A stretch of DNA of 11,045 nucleotides from Breznakia sp. PF5-3. GTDB lineage: Bacteria; Bacillota_I; Bacilli_A; Erysipelotrichales; Erysipelotrichaceae. Below are positions 6,006 through 11,045 of the stretch, one piece after another. A program made the position numbers and the translations under genes. The stretch lies in assembly GCF_029504745.1 (NCBI RefSeq), contig NZ_JAQFIQ010000062.1, forward strand, positions 1 to 11,045, given 5' to 3'. Position 1 is the first letter of the stretch. Each line of letters opens with the position of its first letter. The notes under the pieces are model-generated. The model was not told where the DNA came from. It did no database searches and was given only the letters and a program-made list of their open reading frames with translations.

Positions 6006-7367
6006 TTATTGACGTTCATAAATAATTAGTGAAATTTTACCTTCTTCATTTATCTCAATATTTAATCGTTCATCTTTATCTAAATCTCCATAATAAGAAT
6101 AACTTCGATGTACATCTGAAGTATACTTATTTGAAAACTCTGGATAAGCTTTATTCAATTCTGCTTCTGTCTTACCAAGACGAATACCGCCAGGTAATTC
6201 AAGATCAATATCTGCAGAGATATCATCATCTATTTGAATACTACTTATCTTACATTCTGCTAACTTCTTCTTACTATCACTTTCATTGTAAAAGGATAAG
6301 ATAATCGTTTGTTTTTTATCATTGGTAGCCTCTACCCAATATTCACTTCCCTTTGCAGCAACCGTAGTATTTTTTAAGGTATCTTCAGAAACAGTAAACC
6401 CCATTGCTTCTAAGTCACTATAACTCAAAGGTAATTTATAATTTTTTCCTTGATAGGTAAATTCAAAACGATTCCAATCACCTTTAGGATTGTCAACTCC
6501 ATCTTCATAGTTTCCACTATAATCATCACTTGATACATCAAATTTTTCTGGTACATCAATGGCTTTCACTTTGTCATAGTTTGAATGTGTCAGTGTTATT
6601 TTAAATTCCTCAAAAGACATTTCAAAATCCATGTCTCCATATAATTCACTATCATTCATACTCTTCATTATTTCTTCTGAGAATGAAGTGAAATCCATTT
6701 CTAAGCTTGCTGGTAGTCCACTATCTTTATAAAATTGCATTTTAACCACAAAATCAATTTCACTAAAATCACTACCACTAAACATGCTCATCATGGAAGC
6801 TGTCTCCTCATCATCTTCCATCATATCTAATGCTTTTTGGATTGTTTCCCCATCAACTGTAGCTTCGACAACATTTGTCTTTTTCCCATCAACTTCGCCA
6901 CTACCATCTGTTTCTAGCTTATCAGCAGTCTTCATAGCTTCTAATAATTCTACAGAATTAAATGCAAGCATTTGCTTTGATTCTTCAAATGACCATGAAT
7001 CTGCTTCTCCAGATTTTGAATATTGCACATATTTTCCATCTTCCTTAAATGCATATATTTCCATTTTGTCACTTTCACTCACTCCCATTGTTTCTATTTG
7101 CATCGTTCCCTTAACATGTGCAACTTCCTCTTTTACTAAATGATCGAGTGATAAATCTGCATCAAATAATCCATTGATTGTTGAGCCTCCAGATTTCATA
7201 TTCATATCCAAAATAATTTTTAAATTGGTATTATAAGATTCTACCTTTTTCAATTCCTTAATTGCTTCATCAATAATCTCTGCTGCATCTTCTTTTGAAG
7301 ACCCACAACCACTCATGCATCCTACTAATAGCACCAGGACCATTAGACCTCTCATTATTTTTTTCAT
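6006..7367 (-). CDS. Acidic two-module lipoprotein of unknown function, 453 aa
   Basis: The signal peptide has a lipobox, 'MKKIMRGLMVLVLLVGC' (L-V-G-C, Cys17), with a second Cys at 21. The N-terminal ~270 aa resemble LolA/LprG-fold Firmicute lipoproteins (by eye only). The C-terminal ~160 aa ('WNRFEFTYQGKNYKLPLSYSDLEAMGF...') is a separate module. Confidence 0.75.
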   Translation of the reverse strand: MKKIMRGLMVLVLLVGCMSGCGSSKEDAAEIIDEAIKELKKVESYNTNLKIILDMNMKSGGSTINGLFDADLSLDHLVKEEVAHVKGTMQIETMGVSESDKMEIYAFKEDGKYVQYSKSGEADSWSFEESKQMLAFNSVELLEAMKTADKLETDGSGEVDGKKTNVVEATVDGETIQKALDMMEDDEETASMMSMFSGSDFSEIDFVVKMQFYKDSGLPASLEMDFTSFSEEIMKSMNDSELYGDMDFEMSFEEFKITLTHSNYDKVKAIDVPEKFDVSSDDYSGNYEDGVDNPKGDWNRFEFTYQGKNYKLPLSYSDLEAMGFTVSEDTLKNTTVAAKGSEYWVEATNDKKQTIILSFYNESDSKKKLAECKISSIQIDDDISADIDLELPGGIRLGKTEAELNKAYPEFSNKYTSDVHRSYSYYGDLDKDERLNIEINEEGKISLIIYERQ

Positions 7368-7373
7368 ACTTCA

Positions 7374-7916
7374 CTATTTCCTCTCAGCTTCTTTTCTTTT
7401 TTGATAATCTTCTTTACTCATAGAGTATAATACATCATCCAACACGACTCCATCATAGCGTTTGCTAGATTGATGTTGATAGCCTTCATAAACAAAGCCT
7501 AGTTTCTCAATAACCGCTTTGCTCCCCTCATTGTATGCATAATGATAAACACTAATGCGCTCATATCCTTTGTTTTCAAACGCATCTTCTAATACGATAT
7601 TACTAGCTTCTGTAGCATAACCATTTCGCCAATATGCTTTTCCAATCCAATATCCAAGCATTTTCACATCTGGATTTTCACGTTTTGGATCTGGTACTAA
7701 TCCCACAGCTCCAATTATCTTGCTATCTTCCTTCAAGATAATAGCATATTGCTCTGATTTCATAAAAATGTTTTCAATTACTTCTTTCGACATTTCCACA
7801 GATGTATGTTTTTCCCAACCTGCATTGATTCCTACTTCCTCATCTTTTGCAAGTTGATAAAGTGCTTCTGCATCATCCAAAGAAAATGGACGAAGTAATA
7901 GACGTTCACTTTCCAT
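7374..7916 (-). CDS. GNAT family N-acetyltransferase, RimJ/RimL-like (Acetyltransf_3 type), 180 aa
   Basis: The N-terminus 'ERLLLRPFSLDDAEALYQL' and the core '...GYWIGKAYWRNGYATEA...AFENKGYERISVYHYAYNEGSKAVIEKLGFVYEG' are typical of this GNAT subgroup. SD GAGGAG precedes the ATG. Confidence 0.85.
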   Translation of the reverse strand: MESERLLLRPFSLDDAEALYQLAKDEEVGINAGWEKHTSVEMSKEVIENIFMKSEQYAIILKEDSKIIGAVGLVPDPKRENPDVKMLGYWIGKAYWRNGYATEASNIVLEDAFENKGYERISVYHYAYNEGSKAVIEKLGFVYEGYQHQSSKRYDGVVLDDVLYSMSKEDYQKRKEAERK

Positions 7917-7927
7917 ATAATTCTCCT

Positions 7928-8938
7928 CTATGACATATATACGATACTATGCTCCATACTACCCTCTTTAATTTCGTTTTTATGCCAATAACTTTCATCA
8001 TTAAGCACTTGCCAACGACGTTCTTCTTTTAAATATGACCAATCTTTATCATTTTGGAAATACAATTGAATTTCTTTTGCTTCCAAAATATTCAAAATTT
8101 GATTGTCATGATAATTAAATTCATCAAAGTCGGTAAATGCTTTATTTCCCATTTGTGAATACAAATTATTCAAATCAAGTAATAAATCATGAATATCTTG
8201 ATCCATTGATTCTGCACTCAATCCCAACTCTTGTACTTCTTTTAGGACAATTGGGTAAGAGTGTGAAGGATAATCATTATTTAACTTTTCACTAATGATT
8301 TTACACTTCTCTTTATCACTTACGTGATAAGATAAAATCTCTGTACAAATTTTCACTGATAACGAACTTGAACGATCAAGTGCACCAATTACAAGCGGAT
8401 GTACATATTTATACAATTCTTGATAATGATTTACCTGACTATCATGTTCATCTTCTTTCCACAATTTTGTAATTCGTTTAATTTCATCATGAGCAATTCT
8501 AACCTTTTGATTATTCACTGTATCCAATGGTGATAAACGATGTACTGTTGATGAATCAATTGGTGTCAAATAAGCAAGTGGCCCCATTTGAATATTATCT
8601 GCTCCTAGTGCCATAAGTGTTGCCGAAGAAGCTGATTCAAGAGGAATCAATGCAACTACATTTTTATTATAGTTACGAATAATATTTACAATCCTTAAAG
8701 ATGATTCCACATCTCCACCTTTTGACTTAATAAATAGTGCTACTTTTTCATTCTTACCAATCTTATTAAACAATTCATAAAATGCCAACACATCATTTCC
8801 ACAAACCCCACCATTATAAGAGTTCCAATATACTACTAATGGCATCCCTAACTTCGCTTCTAATTGTGCAATGATTTGTTGTGTTTCATTAAACAACACT
8901 GGTGGTTGTTTAATTTTCACATTCTTATTTTCATCCAT
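7928..8938 (-). CDS. SDH-family (serine dehydrogenase proteinase-like) ClpP/crotonase-fold serine protease, 336 aa, no signal peptide
   Basis: 'KVALFIKSKGGDVESSLRIVNIIRNY..VVALIPLESASSATLMALGADNIQMGPLAYLTPID' matches the ClpP/SppA/NfeD-type layout, with the Ser nucleophile region at SASSAT. SD AAGGAGGGG precedes the ATG. Confidence 0.7.
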   Translation of the reverse strand: MDENKNVKIKQPPVLFNETQQIIAQLEAKLGMPLVVYWNSYNGGVCGNDVLAFYELFNKIGKNEKVALFIKSKGGDVESSLRIVNIIRNYNKNVVALIPLESASSATLMALGADNIQMGPLAYLTPIDSSTVHRLSPLDTVNNQKVRIAHDEIKRITKLWKEDEHDSQVNHYQELYKYVHPLVIGALDRSSSLSVKICTEILSYHVSDKEKCKIISEKLNNDYPSHSYPIVLKEVQELGLSAESMDQDIHDLLLDLNNLYSQMGNKAFTDFDEFNYHDNQILNILEAKEIQLYFQNDKDWSYLKEERRWQVLNDESYWHKNEIKEGSMEHSIVYMS

Positions 8939-8968
8939 GTTGTCCCCTCCTTATCATTTATATTTTAT

Positions 8969-10402
8969 TTAACTTAAACGCATCATTACTTTTTCTTTTC
9001 CAAGCAATTCAATCGTTTGCGTTAAATCTGGACCATGTTCTTGTGCCGTAATGCTAACTCTTAATCCCATGAACAAAGGTTTCCCTTTAATCCCTGTCGC
9101 TTTTTGAGTCGCTTTAAATGCCGCTTTAATATGTTCTTGTGTCCATTCATCAACTTGTTCAAGCTGTTCTTTAAATGCTGCCTTCACAATTGGTGTTGTT
9201 TCCCAACTCATCACTTCTTTTCCTTCATCATCTAACGTATAGTCATCTTTAAAGAATAACGATGCCAAAGAAGCAATTTCTTTTCCATATGACATTTGAT
9301 CATGATAAAGTGAAATCAACTTAATAATCCACTCTTCACTATATGATGATAAATCATATGCAGCTTCCAAAAATGGACGTGCCAATGTTACTACATCTTC
9401 TAGTGGTAAAGCTTTCATATAACGATTATTTACCCATGTAAGTTTATTTTTATCAAACATACTTGGTGATTTTGATAAACGTTTCTCATCAAAGATTTTA
9501 ATCAACTCTGCTTTTGAGAAAATTTCTTCTTCTCCTTCAGGAGACCAACCTAATAAAGATAGAAAATTAAACATCGCTTCTGGTATATAACCTTCTTCTT
9601 TATATTGAGAAACAAATTGCATGATACTTTCATCACGTTTGCTTAATTTCTTGTGTTGTTCATTAACAATCAATGTCATATGTCCATAAGTTGGGGCATC
9701 AAACCCTAACATTTCATAAATCATCAACTGCTTAGGTGTATTTGATAAATGCTCTTCTCCACGGAACACATGTGTGATTCCCATTCGATGATCATCAATT
9801 GTAACAGCAAAATTATACGTTGGAATTCCATTTGATTTCACAATTACCCAATCCCCAATATCTTTTGATTCAAAAGATACTTCTCCACGAATCATATCTT
9901 TAAATACATATGTTTTATTTTCTGGAACCTTCACACGAATTGTATATGGTAACCCTTGTGCTTCTTTCGCTGCAACTTCTTCAGCACTTAAGTTTGCACA
10001 GGTACGATTGTACATTGGTGCAACACCCAATTTCTCTTGGCGTTCTTTTTCTGCCGCCAATTCTTCTGGTGTACAAAAACATTTGTATGCCAATCCCTTA
10101 GCTAATAGTTCATCCACATATTTTTTATAAATATCCAATGCTTCCATCTGACGATATGGTCCACACTCTGGATTTGGATGTTGTGGAGATTCATCAGGAA
10201 CAATCCCTAACCAAGCAAGGTTTTCCAATTGCGAAGCTTCTCCACCTTCTATATTTCTTTCAATATCTGTATCTTCCAAACGAAAGATAAAATCTCCATC
10301 ATAATGCTTTGCGAACAAGTAATTAAATAACGCTGTTCTAGCACCTCCAATATGTAAGTGTCCAGTTGGACTTGGTGCATATCTTACTCTAACTTTATTC
10401 AT
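8969..10402 (-). CDS. gltX: Glutamate--tRNA ligase (477 aa)
   Basis: Class I HIGH motif '[19 protein letters not shown]', the 'RLEDTD' motif and the KMSKS-type 'KLSKR'. The ATG directly abuts the ispF stop codon, and an AAGGAG SD lies inside the ispF 3' end. Confidence 0.95.
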   Translation of the reverse strand: MNKVRVRYAPSPTGHLHIGGARTALFNYLFAKHYDGDFIFRLEDTDIERNIEGGEASQLENLAWLGIVPDESPQHPNPECGPYRQMEALDIYKKYVDELLAKGLAYKCFCTPEELAAEKERQEKLGVAPMYNRTCANLSAEEVAAKEAQGLPYTIRVKVPENKTYVFKDMIRGEVSFESKDIGDWVIVKSNGIPTYNFAVTIDDHRMGITHVFRGEEHLSNTPKQLMIYEMLGFDAPTYGHMTLIVNEQHKKLSKRDESIMQFVSQYKEEGYIPEAMFNFLSLLGWSPEGEEEIFSKAELIKIFDEKRLSKSPSMFDKNKLTWVNNRYMKALPLEDVVTLARPFLEAAYDLSSYSEEWIIKLISLYHDQMSYGKEIASLASLFFKDDYTLDDEGKEVMSWETTPIVKAAFKEQLEQVDEWTQEHIKAAFKATQKATGIKGKPLFMGLRVSITAQEHGPDLTQTIELLGKEKVMMRLS

Positions 10403-10885
10403 TTAACCATTTCTCCTTCTTAATAATGTAACGCATTGACATACAACACCTTCTTTACGACCAACAAAACCAATCTTCTCTCCACGCGTTGCCTTAATGC
10501 TTACATTGCTAGCTTCTGTCTTTAAAACTTTACTGATATTTGAGCACATCGCTTTTATGTGAGGAGCCATCTTAGGCTCTTCAATTAAAATCAATGCATC
10601 GATATTTTGAATTTCATACTCTTTGGCTTCCATCTTTTTTACAACTTCACTTAAAATCTCGATAGATGAGCGATCCTTGTTTGAAGCATCCGTGTCAGGG
10701 AAATGCGTTCCTAGATCCCCTAAAGCCAAAGCCCCTAATATGGATTCTGCAATTGCATGACATAATGCATCGCCATCCGAGTGTGCCTCAACACCAAAAC
10801 AAGCTTTGATGTTCACTCCTCCAAGGGTAATAACATCACCTTCACAAAACCGATGAATATCTGTAGATTGTCCGATTCTATACAT
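10403..10885 (-). CDS. ispF: 2-C-methyl-D-erythritol 2,4-cyclodiphosphate synthase (160 aa)
   Basis: 'RIGQSTDIHRF', 'AHSDGDALCHAIAESILGALALGDLGTHFPDTD' and 'ATRGEKIGFVGRKEG' are canonical IspF motifs. SD AAGGAG precedes the ATG. Confidence 0.95.
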   Translation of the reverse strand: MYRIGQSTDIHRFCEGDVITLGGVNIKACFGVEAHSDGDALCHAIAESILGALALGDLGTHFPDTDASNKDRSSIEILSEVVKKMEAKEYEIQNIDALILIEEPKMAPHIKAMCSNISKVLKTEASNVSIKATRGEKIGFVGRKEGVVCQCVTLLRRRNG

Positions 10886-10911
10886 ATATGCTCCTTTATA
10901 TAGTCCTTTAC

Positions 10912-10940
10912 ATTATAGCATGTTTACCATATCCCTAAAA
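10912..10940 (-). promoter_or_regulatory. Candidate sigmaA promoter for ispF-gltX
   Basis: Minus strand has TTTTAG (10940..10935), a 17-nt spacer, then the extended -10 TGCTATAAT (10920..10912), about 27 nt upstream of the ispF ATG. Motif match by eye only. Confidence 0.4.
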
Positions 10941-10953
10941 GGTGACAATGATA

Positions 10954-11045
10954 ATCGAGTAGGAGGTAACTGATTAATTCAGTTACCGACCTCTCACACC
11001 ACCGTACGTACGGTTCCGTATACGGCGGTTCAGTATATTTTAACG
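10954..11045 (-). mobile_element. 3' terminus of a group II intron (IIC-like): domain V, domain VI and a predicted 3' splice site. The intron body lies beyond the right edge.
   Basis: Minus-strand RNA 11028->10999 is CCGCCGUAU-ACG-GAAC-CGU-AC-GUACGGUGG. This gives a 9-bp lower helix, a 3-bp upper helix, a tetraloop, a 2-nt AC bulge on the 3' strand and a CGC triad at 11027..11025. Domain VI (10996->10956) has a bulged A at 10960, 7 nt from an ...AU 3' end at 10954. Confidence 0.8.

Noticed and set aside
630-10101. Plus-strand track ORFs at 630..830, 847..1083, 1281..1499, 2652..2873, 3225..3536, 6029..6304, 6784..7143 and 9910..10101
   Set aside because: Every one is antisense to, or largely overlaps, a recognisable minus-strand gene. 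They lack SDs and encode low-complexity L/F/I/S/H-rich products. These are typical shadow ORFs in AT-rich DNA.
7374-10402. GNAT as a TacT/AtaT-like aminoacyl-tRNA-acetylating toxin linked to gltX
   Set aside because: The GNAT has the RimJ/RimL (Acetyltransf_3) N-terminal signature rather than the toxin type. No small RHH/DUF1778-type antitoxin ORF is adjacent, and its neighbours are a protease and a lipoprotein.
8939-10940. T-box or other leader controlling gltX or the gene after it
   Set aside because: gltX abuts ispF with no intergenic space. The 30-nt gltX-protease gap and the ~68-nt region upstream of ispF are too short for a T-box, and I saw no specifier or antiterminator structure.
10961-11045. 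AGGAGG at 10961..10966 on the plus strand as an RBS for a plus-strand gene leaving the right edge
   Set aside because: No ATG, GTG or TTG follows at a suitable distance. The motif is the complement of the CCUCC strand of intron domain VI, which explains it better.
1-11045. CRISPR arrays, tRNA or rRNA genes, transposase or integrase genes, and long direct or inverted repeats
   Set aside because: I found none by eye. The only repeat-like signal is the diverged VOC paralog pair, and the only mobile-element signal is the intron terminus at the right edge.

Overview
AT-rich (about one-third GC by eye) chromosomal segment that looks like a low-GC Bacillota genome (possibly Erysipelotrichales-like; this is a guess from composition and protein style only). 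I support 15 protein-coding genes, including one partial gene and one 42-aa gene missing from the ORF track. All but one are on the minus strand.

Reading the minus strand from right to left:
- The last ~92 nt of a group II (IIC-type) intron, domains V and VI, cut by the right edge.
- A promoter, then ispF-gltX, followed with almost no spacing by an SDH/ClpP-fold serine protease, a RimJ/RimL-type GNAT and a 453-aa acidic lipoprotein, then a strong terminator.
- An orphan 76-aa secreted protein.
- A SAMHD1/YwfO-type HD phosphohydrolase plus the untracked 42-aa membrane micro-ORF. This pair is divergent from a plus-strand Gfo/Idh/MocA oxidoreductase.
- A second Gfo/Idh/MocA oxidoreductase.
- A VOC / AraC / VOC / TfoX-N cluster, then a terminator and the possible start of another gene at the left edge.

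I saw no tRNA, rRNA, CRISPR array, transposase or integrase. I do not see a recognisable defence or secretion system. The most notable items are:
- the IIC intron terminus directly upstream of ispF;
- the accessory protease-GNAT-lipoprotein trio apparently co-transcribed with ispF-gltX;
- the hidden micro-ORF;
- the duplicated VOC genes around an AraC regulator.

All functional calls come from motif recognition by eye, not from searches.
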